DNA of 64,000 bases from Candidatus Latescibacterota bacterium (lineage in GTDB: Bacteria > Latescibacterota > UBA2968 > GCA-2709665), in contig OZ244937.1 in the NCBI GenBank assembly GCA_965222075.1, positions 4,096,001 to 4,160,000 of the forward strand. The letters are read 5' to 3'. Under the pieces are notes generated by a model. The model searched no databases, was not told where the DNA came from, and was given only the letters and a program-made list of their open reading frames with translations. The translations under genes were made by a program, and so were the position numbers. Numbering within the stretch: the stretch's first letter is position 1; the number at the start of each line of letters is the position of its first letter. This document shows, one piece after another, positions 29,411-39,243 of the stretch.

Positions 29411-30526
29411 ATGTCAACGATAAGCATTCTCCGAGCCGTCTCCTATACTATTATAATAGGTCTTCTGACCGCCTGTTCCGGCTCCGACACAGACAACCCG
29501 ACCTCCTCCGATCCCACTGCCTCCGGAAGTTCTGCGCTGCCTCTGCGTGGAGACGACAAATTCGGCGCTGAAGCAAATCCCACCGGAGACCCGATTGGAG
29601 GTGGAGAGGGCTACCGGCGCCTGATTATCGCATCCGATTACCAGGTCACAACCCGGGGAGAACTGCTCTCGGCCCTGGACTCGGCCAAAAGCGGGCAGGT
29701 CGTCTACGTGGCCGATACCACCCGGATTGACCTGAGCGGCCTGCAGAACGTCGTCATTCCCGGCGGCGTCACCCTTGCCAGCGGGCGGGGCAAGCAGGGG
29801 TCGCTGGGGGGACTGATCTACAGCACCGAACTGGAAACCATCCCCCTCTTTCTCACCGGCGGACCCAGCGTGCGGGTTACCGGACTGCGCCTGCGGGGTC
29901 CGGACCCGGAGCGGCGGACCGAGCAGATGAGACAGCTCTACGCCGAGGGCCGCTACTACAGCATCCCCAACTCGCGGGGCATCCAGACCACCCATCCCAA
30001 CCTGGAAGTGGACAACTGCGAGCTTTCGGCCTGGAGCCACGCCGCCGTCTATCTCGCGACCGGTTCCACGGGCCACATTCACCACAACTTCATGCACCAC
30101 AACCAGCGCCAGGGACTGGGCTATGGGGTGGTGTTGAACCAGTCGGAAGGCCTCATCGAGGCCAACCTGTTCGATTGGTGCCGCCACCACATTGCGGGAA
30201 CGGGCAGGCCTGGCACCAGCTATGAAGCGCGCTACAATCTGGTTCTGGAAAACGCCAACAGCCACAGCTTTGACATGCACGGGGGCGCGGACCGGGACGA
30301 TGGAACCGACATTGCCGGCACAAAGATCTGGATCCACCACAATACCTTCGAAGCAACTTCCGTCCGCGCAATCGTCATCCGGGGCCGTCCCCAGGAGATG
30401 GCCGAGATCTACAACAACTGGTTCCTCCACCTGACCCCCGACAGTGCCATCCGCCAGACAAACGCCACCGGAAATATGCGCAATTACAAGAACCAGTACT
30501 CCTCGAATCGGCTTCCCAGGGACTGA
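29411..30526 (+). CDS. lipoprotein with right-handed parallel beta-helix (pectin-lyase-like) repeats
   Basis: Lipobox LTAC; HIHHNFMHHN..GLGYGV, IEANLFD, IHHNTF repeats. Confidence 0.8.
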   Translation: MSTISILRAVSYTIIIGLLTACSGSDTDNPTSSDPTASGSSALPLRGDDKFGAEANPTGDPIGGGEGYRRLIIASDYQVTTRGELLSALDSAKSGQVVYVADTTRIDLSGLQNVVIPGGVTLASGRGKQGSLGGLIYSTELETIPLFLTGGPSVRVTGLRLRGPDPERRTEQMRQLYAEGRYYSIPNSRGIQTTHPNLEVDNCELSAWSHAAVYLATGSTGHIHHNFMHHNQRQGLGYGVVLNQSEGLIEANLFDWCRHHIAGTGRPGTSYEARYNLVLENANSHSFDMHGGADRDDGTDIAGTKIWIHHNTFEATSVRAIVIRGRPQEMAEIYNNWFLHLTPDSAIRQTNATGNMRNYKNQYSSNRLPRD

Positions 30527-30747
30527 AATCCAAAAAATACCCTTGGACGATGAACAAACATGCACTATATTATGGTATCGTAACCCCCTTCATCTCCCCT
30601 CCCATCTAAAATGTGAAACGGCAAACGGCAAAGGTCCCCCCACACCGGTGGACAATAGCCCACCTTTCACATTTGCCCTCTGCCGTGCTTCCCGGCTCCC
30701 GATTCTCCCCCTTACCCATCGTTTCAGAAAGGAACCATCACAGAACC

Positions 30748-32550
30748 ATGAGCAGAAGAATCCAGGCAGCCGTATACGACGAGAGCAAAGTTAAAACCCT
30801 CAACTCCCTCGAACACATCCGCCTCAGAACCGGCATGTACATCGGCCGCCTCGGACGCGGCGCCGATCCCGATGACGGCATCTACATCCTCTTAAAGGAA
30901 ATCATCGACAACGCGGTTGATGAATTCATCATGGGGTACGGGAAAAAGATCGACGTCACCATCAAAGACAGCCGGATCAGGGTGCGCGACTACGGTCGGG
31001 GAATTCCACTGGGCAAAGTCATCGACTGTGTCTCCATCATCAATACCGGCGCGAAATACAACGACGACGTCTTTCAGTTCAGCGTCGGCCTCAACGGCGT
31101 GGGCACAAAGGCTGTCAATGCCCTCTCTTCCGATTTCAAGGTCGTCTCCTACCGGAAAGGGAATTACTTCGAAGCCACCTTTAAACAGGGCAAACTCAAA
31201 CGCAAAAAACAGGGAAGGAGACCCGGCGAAGCAGACGGCACCTACGTCGAATTCCTGCCCGATTCCGAAATCTTCGAGGAATACGAATTCAACCCCGACT
31301 ACGTCGGACACCGCATGTGGAACTACGCCTGCCTCAACAGCGGGCTGCAGCTCATTTTCAACAAAAAGAAATTCGTCTCCAAGAACGGCCTGCTCGACTT
31401 CTTAAACCGTGAGATCGGCGACACGGCCCTCTATGACCCGGCCCATTACAAATCCCAGTACCTGGAATTCTCCTTCACCCACACCTCCAACTACGGCGAG
31501 ACCTTCTTCTCCTTCGTCAACGGCCAGCACACCACCGACGGGGGAACCCATCAAAGCGCCTTCCGCGAGGGCATCCTGAAAGGCGTCAACGAATTCTTCA
31601 AAAAGAACTACGGCGGCCCAGACGTGCGCGAAGGCATCTTTGGCGCCGTATCGGTCAAACTCAAATCGCCCGTCTTCGAATCCCAGACCAAAAACAAACT
31701 GGGCAACACCGACATCCGGAGCTGGGTCGTTTCCGAAGTCAGAAGCGGCGTGGTCGACTTCCTCCACAAAACCCCGGGCGCCGCCAAAAAACTCGCCGCG
31801 AAAATCGTGCAGAACGAACGCCTGCGCAAAGAGCTGAACGCCGTGAAAAAAGAGGCCAAGGAGGCCGCCCGCAAGATCGCCATCAAAATTCCCCACTTCA
31901 AAGACTGCAAATACCACCTGGGGGACAGAAAAAACGGCGAAGCGTCCACCATCTTCATCACCGAAGGCCCTTCGGCCGCCGGCTCGCTCGTCGCCTCGCG
32001 CGACGTTTTCACCCAGGCCATCTTCGGCCTGAAAGGAAAACCCCAGAACGTCTTCGGCAAAACCAAAGCCGCCATCTACAAGAGCGAGGAACTCTACAAC
32101 ATTATGATGGCCCTGGGCATCGAAGACGGCATTGAAAACCTCCGGTTCAACCGGGTGGTTATCGCCACGGACGCGGATCACGACGGCTTTCACATCCGCA
32201 ACCTGCTTCTTACCTTCTTCCTCAGTTACTTCGAAGACCTGGTCGTTGCAGGCCATGTCTACATCCTCGAAACCCCCCTCTTCCGGGTGCGCAACGGCAA
32301 AGCGCTTCACTACTGTTACAGCGCAAAAGAGCGCGATCGGGTGCTCAAAGAGGTCAACAACCCGGAAATCACCCGCTTTAAAGGCCTGGGCGAAATCTCA
32401 CCGAATGAATTCGGGCAGTTCATCGGCGATGACATCCGCCTGGTCAAAGTCAACGTCCAGTCCATTGTCCGGGTCCCCAACACCCTCGAATTTTATATGG
32501 GCAAAAACACTCCTGACAGACGAGAATACATCATGGAGAACCTGATCTAA
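30748..32550 (+). CDS. parE: DNA topoisomerase IV subunit B
   Basis: EHIRLRTGMYIG, EIIDNAVDE, DYGRGIP, GLNGVG, TOPRIM EG.SA / DADHDG, RFKGLGE; ATG 30748. Confidence 0.9.
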   Translation: MSRRIQAAVYDESKVKTLNSLEHIRLRTGMYIGRLGRGADPDDGIYILLKEIIDNAVDEFIMGYGKKIDVTIKDSRIRVRDYGRGIPLGKVIDCVSIINTGAKYNDDVFQFSVGLNGVGTKAVNALSSDFKVVSYRKGNYFEATFKQGKLKRKKQGRRPGEADGTYVEFLPDSEIFEEYEFNPDYVGHRMWNYACLNSGLQLIFNKKKFVSKNGLLDFLNREIGDTALYDPAHYKSQYLEFSFTHTSNYGETFFSFVNGQHTTDGGTHQSAFREGILKGVNEFFKKNYGGPDVREGIFGAVSVKLKSPVFESQTKNKLGNTDIRSWVVSEVRSGVVDFLHKTPGAAKKLAAKIVQNERLRKELNAVKKEAKEAARKIAIKIPHFKDCKYHLGDRKNGEASTIFITEGPSAAGSLVASRDVFTQAIFGLKGKPQNVFGKTKAAIYKSEELYNIMMALGIEDGIENLRFNRVVIATDADHDGFHIRNLLLTFFLSYFEDLVVAGHVYILETPLFRVRNGKALHYCYSAKERDRVLKEVNNPEITRFKGLGEISPNEFGQFIGDDIRLVKVNVQSIVRVPNTLEFYMGKNTPDRREYIMENLI

Positions 32551-34439
32551 TGGCTTACGTAGACGCGCTGTACGACAGAAACTTCCTCGAATACGCCTCC
32601 TACGTCATCAAAGACCGGGCCATCCCCGACATCAACGACGGCCTCAAACCGGTTCAGCGCCGCCTCCTCCATGCGCTCTTTGAACTGGACGACGGCAAAT
32701 ACCACAAGGTCGCCAATGCCGTGGGCCACACCATGAAATACCACCCCCACGGCGACCTCTCCATCTACGACGCCCTGGTGGTCCTGGCCAACAAGGAGCT
32801 GTTCATCGACAAACAGGGGAACTTCGGCAACATCTTCACCGGAGACGAGGCCTCCGCCGCCAGGTACATCGAATGCCGCCTCACCCCCCTGGCTAAAGAG
32901 GTGCTTTACAACCCTGAAATCACCGAATACGAAGACTCCTACGACGGCAGGGCCAAAGAGCCTGTCGCCTTCCCGGCCAAAATCCCCGTCCTGCTCGCCC
33001 TGGGTACCGAAGGCATTGCCGTGGGCATGTCCACACGCATATTGCCGCACAACCTGATCGAACTGCTTAAAGCCCAGGTGGCCTGCCTGCGCCGCAGGAA
33101 ATTTCAGGTCTTTCCCGACTTCCCCACGGGCGGCCAGGTTGATGTGGCCGAATACAACGACGGAAACGGCAGGGTCCTGGTCCGGGCCAAACTCGACACC
33201 AAAGACCCCAAACGCATCCTCATCCGCGAACTCCCCTACGGATTGACCACCGAAAGCCTGATCGCCTCCATCGAAGACGCAGCCAAAAAGAACAAACTCA
33301 AAATCGCCGGCATCAGCGACTACACTGCCGAAAACGTCGAAATCGAAGTCCGACTCGCCAGGGGCATCAAATCCAAAGACACGGTTGATGCGCTCTATGC
33401 TTTCACCGACTGCGAATCCTCGATCTCGACCAGCCTGGTGGTCATCAAGGACAACAGGCCGCATATCATGTCGGTCACCGACGTTGTCAAATACAACACC
33501 AACCGCCTGCTCGACATCCTCAAAGCGGAATTGAAAATCGAAGAGGGCCAGCTGCGGGCGAAGCTCCATGCCAAAACCCTCGAACAGATCTTTATCGAAA
33601 ACCGCATCTACAAACAGATCGAAACCGTGTCTTCGCCCGAAAAAGTCTCCAAAGTGGTCCTCGATGGCCTGAAACCGTTCAAAACCAGAATCAAAAAACA
33701 AATTACCCCAGAGAACATCGACACCCTGCTGAAAATCCCCATCCGGCGAATCTCGCTCTACGACATCAACAGAGGAAAAAAAGAGGTGCAGGAAATCTGC
33801 AAACGACTGAGGGAAATCAAGGCCAACCTGTCCAACCTGAAGGCTTACGCGGTCACTTTCCTCCAGAATCTCATCAAAAAGTACCAGAAGGATTATCCCC
33901 GCAAGACAGAACTTGTCTCCATCGAACAGGTCGACGCCCGCGATGCAGCGCAGCGCAACCTCAAGCTGTGCTACGACAAGAGAACCGGCTACCTCGGCCA
34001 CCAGGTCAACGGCGTGGCCCTCTTCGACGTCTCCCCCTACGACCGCGTCCTGGCCATCCGCAAAACCGGCGCCTACTCAGTACATGATGCGCCCGAAAAA
34101 CTCTTCGTGGACAGGGGTATGCTCTTCTGTGGATTCGTTGACGAAGAGCGCGTCTACACCATCGTCTACAGGGAAAACAAGACCGGCCACCCCTATATCA
34201 AACGGTGCTGCATCGACAAATTCATCCTCAACAGGGGCTACAACCTGGTTCCCGACGGCTGCCGGGCCTTGAAACTCACCATCAACTCCGCCCGGAAAAT
34301 CGCCCTTGACTACAAACCCAAACCCAGGCTGCGCGTCCTCCAGGAGGCATTCTCCATAAAGGACTACCCCATTCGAGGCAACAAGGCCAAAGGCATCCGT
34401 CTGTCCACAAGGGAGGTCAAAAGCGCAAGGTTTGCCTGA
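32550..34439 (+). CDS. parC: DNA topoisomerase IV subunit A (short type)
   Basis: DRAIPDINDGLKPVQRR, YHPHGD, AARYIE catalytic Tyr; coupled to parE. Confidence 0.9.
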   Translation: MAYVDALYDRNFLEYASYVIKDRAIPDINDGLKPVQRRLLHALFELDDGKYHKVANAVGHTMKYHPHGDLSIYDALVVLANKELFIDKQGNFGNIFTGDEASAARYIECRLTPLAKEVLYNPEITEYEDSYDGRAKEPVAFPAKIPVLLALGTEGIAVGMSTRILPHNLIELLKAQVACLRRRKFQVFPDFPTGGQVDVAEYNDGNGRVLVRAKLDTKDPKRILIRELPYGLTTESLIASIEDAAKKNKLKIAGISDYTAENVEIEVRLARGIKSKDTVDALYAFTDCESSISTSLVVIKDNRPHIMSVTDVVKYNTNRLLDILKAELKIEEGQLRAKLHAKTLEQIFIENRIYKQIETVSSPEKVSKVVLDGLKPFKTRIKKQITPENIDTLLKIPIRRISLYDINRGKKEVQEICKRLREIKANLSNLKAYAVTFLQNLIKKYQKDYPRKTELVSIEQVDARDAAQRNLKLCYDKRTGYLGHQVNGVALFDVSPYDRVLAIRKTGAYSVHDAPEKLFVDRGMLFCGFVDEERVYTIVYRENKTGHPYIKRCCIDKFILNRGYNLVPDGCRALKLTINSARKIALDYKPKPRLRVLQEAFSIKDYPIRGNKAKGIRLSTREVKSARFA

Positions 34440-34575
34440 GGGCCCTCATTCCCCACCCACCTGTTGTTGCGCCAGCTCGCAACCCATCGCCCTCACCTGG
34501 TCGCGACCCACCGACCTCCTTCTCCCGCATGGGGGAGAAGGAGAGCCCTGGGAGAGCGTGCATGCTCCACCACTT

Positions 34576-34604
34576 TTGACTTGACGAACCAAATTTGCTA
34601 TATT
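34576..34604 (+). promoter_or_regulatory. sigma70-like promoter
   Basis: TTGACT-17bp-TATATT with extended TGn, upstream of the MOSC gene. Confidence 0.55.
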
Positions 34605-34684
34605 AGTTGGCGGCAACTCAGGGAAGGGATGTGGGAACAAACCCTGAGCCCCAAGCCCCTGATCTCATATTCAAGGAGCAACCC

Positions 34685-35137
34685 ATGGGAACCCTGCTTG
34701 GAATCGCGATCCGGGACGCATCCCGGGCGCCAATGCAGGTCATCCAGGAAGTCGTTATAACGCCCGAAGATGGCCTGCACGGAGACTACCGGGGCAGCGT
34801 TGCCCACCGGCAGGTCACCGTGCTGGTCCGGGAAAGCTGGGAAGCCGCCTGTGCGCAACTGGGGGTTGACCTGCCCTGGACCCTGCGGCGGGCGAACCTG
34901 CTCATAGAAGGCTTCCCCCTCGCCGACAGCGCGGAGACGCACCTGCGAATCGACAGCGTTATCTTTGAGGTCACCGGAGAAACCGTGCCCTGCTTCCGGA
35001 TGGAGGAGGCCCACCCGGGCCTCCAGAACGCCCTGGCCCCCTCCTGGCGCGGCGGGGTCACCTGCCGCGTCGTGGAAGGGGGCGCGATAAAGGTAGGCGA
35101 TCCGGTCCTGGCCGAACAGGTCGAACGCAGCCGCTGA
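34685..35137 (+). CDS. MOSC domain protein
   Basis: GLHGD, RQVT, RRANLL, PC.RM, RGGVTCRVVEGG.IKVGD; AAGGAG RBS. Confidence 0.88.
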   Translation: MGTLLGIAIRDASRAPMQVIQEVVITPEDGLHGDYRGSVAHRQVTVLVRESWEAACAQLGVDLPWTLRRANLLIEGFPLADSAETHLRIDSVIFEVTGETVPCFRMEEAHPGLQNALAPSWRGGVTCRVVEGGAIKVGDPVLAEQVERSR

Positions 35138-35151
35138 TCTTTCTGCAAACC

Positions 35152-35197
35152 GTAAATAACAAAAACCGCCGCGGTTCGTGCGGCGTTTTTATTTACG
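35152..35197. terminator. bidirectional intrinsic terminator
   Basis: AAAAACCGCCGCGGTTCGTGCGGCGTTTTT hairpin with A and T tracts on both sides. Confidence 0.7.
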
Positions 35198-35437
35198 CGT
35201 GAGGGCCGCGTTCCCGGATGATCTTGAGCGCCAGCGCAGGCTCGATGCTGCGGTGGCCGGGCAGGTCGAAACCGGCCACCGCGCTGCGCGCATGCCGGCA
35301 GGATTGGCTCCGCCTTTTTGGGACCAAGTTGGCTCCGGCTGTGAACTGTGGAGGATAGACACTGAGGCCATTTCGAAGCCTTCTGGTATACCCGGGGCAT
35401 TGTCGCCAGAGCCTTCCACAGGGCCAAATTTAAAATT

Positions 35438-36931
35438 TTGAAAAATTCATACTTCCTCTTTTTGATCTCACTCCGTCTTTTTGTTCCGTGCGTCTCAGCA
35501 GCCCACGCAGAACAGGCTCGGATTCCCGTCATCCGCGACATCGCCATCCGGGGCAACACCCGCACGCGTACGGAGGTCATTCGCCGCGAACTCCTGTTTG
35601 CACCGGGCGACCACCTCGATTCCAGCCTCGTTTCGGAGACGGCCCGCAACCTGCGCCGGTTCCTCTTTCTGGGCAAGGTAGACATCCACATCCGAAAAAA
35701 AGACGGAACCGCCGATATCCTCGTCGAAGTCAACGATCTCTATGCCCGGGCCCTCTCCCCCCTGCTCTCCGGCGAAGCCGGTGAACTCAACTACGGTCTT
35801 GTTGCGCTTGATTACAACTTTTTGGGCCGCGGCCAGGAGGTTCAGCTCACCGTGGAACACGACGCCATCTCCGGCAACAGCGCCTCTGTCTACTATCGGA
35901 TGCCCAGGCTGCTGGGCTCGCGCCATGCCCTCACGACCAGGCTGGGCGGCGGCCAGGAGGGCCACGACGTACAGCTTGCCTTTTCCCGGCCCCTGCACGC
36001 CCTCTCGGCTCGCCGGGCCTATGGGGTCTCCTTCTTCATCCAGGAGCAGGTCCACCGCCTCTACGCAAATCAGGTCCTCTCCGACCGGTACACCCAACAG
36101 GTGGGAGGCGGTGCACTGTGGCTCACCCGCTCTTTCGGGAACCGGATCAAATACCGGCCCAATGTCCACCTTAGCCTGACCGACCGCCGGTTCGCCCCGG
36201 ACCCCGGGTACACGTATGCCCCCCAGAACCGCCGGCGCGTCCTGCCCAGCCTGGGCTTCACCGTCTGGAGGCCCCGCTACGAAAAGGCGCGGTTCATCTA
36301 CGCCCTGGGCCGCACCGAAGACCTGCAGACCGGAAGCTGGCTCTCCGTTCGCGCGGGCCTCTCCCACAAAGGCCTCGGTTCCGACCAGAACTTCCGCACC
36401 TTCCAGGCGCAGCTCTCCCCCCGTTTTAAACCGCACGAAAACGCCTACACCTTCACCACCCTCTTCCTTGGCGCCCGGCGCCGCCAGAGCGGCTATTTTC
36501 ACCTCTTTTCCGTAGCCGAACTGCTTACGTACATACAACTCAGAGGCATCCACACCCTGGCCCTGCGCCTCCGCTGGGACGCTCTTGGCCGGCCCGAAGA
36601 CGCCTCTCAACTCCTCCTGGGCGTAAACCGGGGCCTGCGCGGGTACGCGCCCCGCCGTTTCGACGGCACCCGCCGCGTCCTCCTCAACCTCGAAGCCCGC
36701 CCCACCTTCTACCGCCATCCCGCCTTCGTAATCGCCGGTGCCCTCTTCATTGACGGCGGCGCAGCCTGGACGCCCGGCCTCACCCCCTCTTCACTCAACT
36801 TCGCTTCGGGAATCGGCGCCCGTCTGGGCCTCCCGCAGGTCTACAACACCCTGATTCTGCGCGCCGACCTCTCCTACGCCTTCCAGGACAAAGCCTGGCA
36901 GGTCTCCGTGGGCATCGGCCAGTACTTTTAG
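35438..36931 (+). CDS. Omp85/BamA-TamA family outer membrane protein with a POTRA domain
   Basis: IRGNTRTRTEVIRREL POTRA, NFLGRG, GLRGY, C-terminal GIGQYF. Confidence 0.85.
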   Translation: MKNSYFLFLISLRLFVPCVSAAHAEQARIPVIRDIAIRGNTRTRTEVIRRELLFAPGDHLDSSLVSETARNLRRFLFLGKVDIHIRKKDGTADILVEVNDLYARALSPLLSGEAGELNYGLVALDYNFLGRGQEVQLTVEHDAISGNSASVYYRMPRLLGSRHALTTRLGGGQEGHDVQLAFSRPLHALSARRAYGVSFFIQEQVHRLYANQVLSDRYTQQVGGGALWLTRSFGNRIKYRPNVHLSLTDRRFAPDPGYTYAPQNRRRVLPSLGFTVWRPRYEKARFIYALGRTEDLQTGSWLSVRAGLSHKGLGSDQNFRTFQAQLSPRFKPHENAYTFTTLFLGARRRQSGYFHLFSVAELLTYIQLRGIHTLALRLRWDALGRPEDASQLLLGVNRGLRGYAPRRFDGTRRVLLNLEARPTFYRHPAFVIAGALFIDGGAAWTPGLTPSSLNFASGIGARLGLPQVYNTLILRADLSYAFQDKAWQVSVGIGQYF

Positions 36932-36953
36932 GGCATTATATATTTATTCGAAT

Positions 36954-36989
36954 TTGGACCGCGACGTGAATGCTGCACGCAACGTTTTT
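36954..36989 (+). pseudogene. TnpB (IS200/IS605 OrfB) C-terminal fragment
   Basis: Encodes LDRDVNAARNVF, the RuvC-III motif of TnpB; very short match. Confidence 0.45.
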
Positions 36990-37022
36990 TTAGGGGATTA
37001 TCTTCCGGTTCCCACCATTCCA

Positions 37023-37141
37023 TTTTTTGGCTTTTGGCCTTTTTCTTGTTCGCCCAAGAAAAAGCCCCTTCCCCCCGCCCCGAAGGCGGTGGAGGCGAGA
37101 GGGGTGAGAGGGCGTGTAGGGATTACAGCACAAGTCTTCAA
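37023..37141. repeat. deleted derivative of the MITE-like repeat
   Basis: Matches 24050-24090 joined directly to 24260-24341. Confidence 0.7.
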
Positions 37142-37200
37142 TGCTCATGATCCTCACCCTCCAGGCAAAAACAACCAAATGACGAAGGAGTAATGTATCT

Positions 37201-38259
37201 ATGCCAGTCTTTACAGCATCTGAGTTAAAGCAAGTCGTGCACGATGTGTTCTCTCGTCTGGGGGCCTCTCCAGAGGAGGTGCGCCGGCTTCAAGATCACC
37301 TGGTCGAAAGCAACCTGCTGGGCCATGACTCCCACGGGGTGTGGATCATACCGCTCTACGTCGACATGATCCGACAGCAGCACATCGTCTTGGGAGCGGA
37401 GCCAGACATCGTGATCGAGAGTTCCAGCCATGCGGTGCTCGATGGCAATTGGGGCCTGGGCCAATTGATGGGCTGGCTGGCGGCGCGCCTGGCCATTGAT
37501 AAGGCCAAGCAAGGTGCCCTGGCGGCTGTGACCCTGCGTAACTGCAGCCATTTGGGCCGTCTGGGCGAGTACAGCCAAATGATCGCCCAGCAGGGGCTCG
37601 TCGGCTTCGTGGCTGTGAACGGACAGGGGGGTGCGCAGGGGGTGGCGCCCTGGGGGGGGCTGGAGCGCCGGCTTTCTGTGAATCCGATGTCGTATGCCAT
37701 CCCCGCACCAGATGGCGTCATTATGTTAGACATATCGCCAACGGTTGTGGCATCGGGCAAGGTAGCGGTCAAAGCCCTGCGTGGCGAGCGCATACCGGAA
37801 GGTTGGATCGTGGATAGCGAGGGGCGATCGACGACGGATCCCGGTGCTTTTGACGGTCCACCGCCGGGTAGTTTGGTCCCCCTGGGTGGGCACAAAGGGT
37901 ATGGGCTGGGACTGATCGTAGACATCCTGGCCGGTGCCCTCAGTGGTGGGGGCTGCAGTCGGCCGGACGCCGAACGTTGGGGTAACGCGACATTCATGCT
38001 GGCCATCAACCCGGCAGCTTTTGGGGAACAGCGAGCATTCGAGACGGAGGTGAAAAACTTTCTGGCTTACGTCAGGTCCAGCCGAGTGGTCCCTGGATTC
38101 GAGGAGATCCTGATCCCTGGTGAACCTGAGGTCCGAGAAAAAGTACGGAGAAGCAAAGAGGGCATCTTTGTGGAGGACAGGACATGGAGCAAAATCACAG
38201 CAATTCTTGGTGAACTCAAGCAGCACAGCGGGGTAGCGGACGAAAATCGGCGCGCATAA
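37201..38259 (+). CDS. Ldh_2 family (malate/lactate/ureidoglycolate) oxidoreductase
   Basis: GHDSHG, HLGRLGEY, NP, LDIS, GGHKGYGL, IPGE. Confidence 0.9.
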   Translation: MPVFTASELKQVVHDVFSRLGASPEEVRRLQDHLVESNLLGHDSHGVWIIPLYVDMIRQQHIVLGAEPDIVIESSSHAVLDGNWGLGQLMGWLAARLAIDKAKQGALAAVTLRNCSHLGRLGEYSQMIAQQGLVGFVAVNGQGGAQGVAPWGGLERRLSVNPMSYAIPAPDGVIMLDISPTVVASGKVAVKALRGERIPEGWIVDSEGRSTTDPGAFDGPPPGSLVPLGGHKGYGLGLIVDILAGALSGGGCSRPDAERWGNATFMLAINPAAFGEQRAFETEVKNFLAYVRSSRVVPGFEEILIPGEPEVREKVRRSKEGIFVEDRTWSKITAILGELKQHSGVADENRRA

Positions 38260-38347
38260 ATCGATTGTCAACCGGAGCACCCCCGTTAAGGTCTTTCAAA
38301 AGGCCGAATTTCGCATATTTTTTAACTGCATGACAAAGGATTTCTCG

Positions 38348-39193
38348 ATGATCATCGATGTACACTCCCATGTCTGGGAATACCCGAAACACTTCGGCGA
38401 TGACTTCCTCGGTCAGGCACACCGGGCGAGGGTAGACGTGGAAATCGACTTCACCGTCTGCTACGAGGGCTACCTGGCCCAATCCCGGGAAGCGGTCCGC
38501 ACTGTCGTCTTTGGCGGCAAAGCCCGCCTCAGCGGGCTGTGGGTAGACGACCGCTACGTGGCCGACTGCGTGGCCCAACACCCCGATGCCCTCATCGGCT
38601 TCCTCTCTGTCGACCCCACCCAGGACGGCTGGGAGCGGGAACTCCGCGAGGGACACCAGGACCTCGGCCTTCGCGGCATCAAACTCCTGCCCATGTACGC
38701 CGGCTTCAACCCGAACGACCCCTTGCTCGACCCCCTCTGGGAGTATGCCCGGGAACACCGCCTGCCCGTCCTGCTGCACACCGGCACCACCTTCGTCTCC
38801 CAGGCCCCCTTAGCGTGCACCCTCCCCCGCCACATCGACCCCGTGGCGGTTCGCTTCCCCGAAGTCAAAATCGTTATGGCCCACCTCGGCCATCCCTACG
38901 AAGGCGAATGCGTCGTTGTTATCCGCAAACACCCCAACGTCTACGCCGACATCAGCGCCATCCACTACCGTCCCTTCCAGCTCTACCACAGCCTGATGCT
39001 CGTCCAGGAATACGGCGTATGGGACAAAATTCTCTTCGGCACCGACTACCCCTTCACCACCATTGACGCATCCCTCCACGGCCTCCGGAGCCTGAACAAT
39101 ATGCTCGAAGGCACCGCCCTGCCCCGTTTGGATGCCGACCAGATCGAAGCCGTCATCTACCGCGACAGCCTCAAAATCCTGGGGCTGGAATAG
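38348..39193 (+). CDS. amidohydrolase family 2 protein
   Basis: IIDVHSH, GIKL, LLHTG, MAHLG, LFGTDYP. Confidence 0.9.
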   Translation: MIIDVHSHVWEYPKHFGDDFLGQAHRARVDVEIDFTVCYEGYLAQSREAVRTVVFGGKARLSGLWVDDRYVADCVAQHPDALIGFLSVDPTQDGWERELREGHQDLGLRGIKLLPMYAGFNPNDPLLDPLWEYAREHRLPVLLHTGTTFVSQAPLACTLPRHIDPVAVRFPEVKIVMAHLGHPYEGECVVVIRKHPNVYADISAIHYRPFQLYHSLMLVQEYGVWDKILFGTDYPFTTIDASLHGLRSLNNMLEGTALPRLDADQIEAVIYRDSLKILGLE

Positions 39194-39243
39194 CCCTCAC
39201 CCCCCGGCCCCTTCCCCCCGTACCGGGCCGGGGCAAGCGGACC

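Noticed and set aside
39195-39240. CCCTCACCCC..CCTTCCCC REP-like hairpin (similar at 34515-34545)
   Set aside because: Degenerate, common intergenic motif; not enough copies here to define a family.
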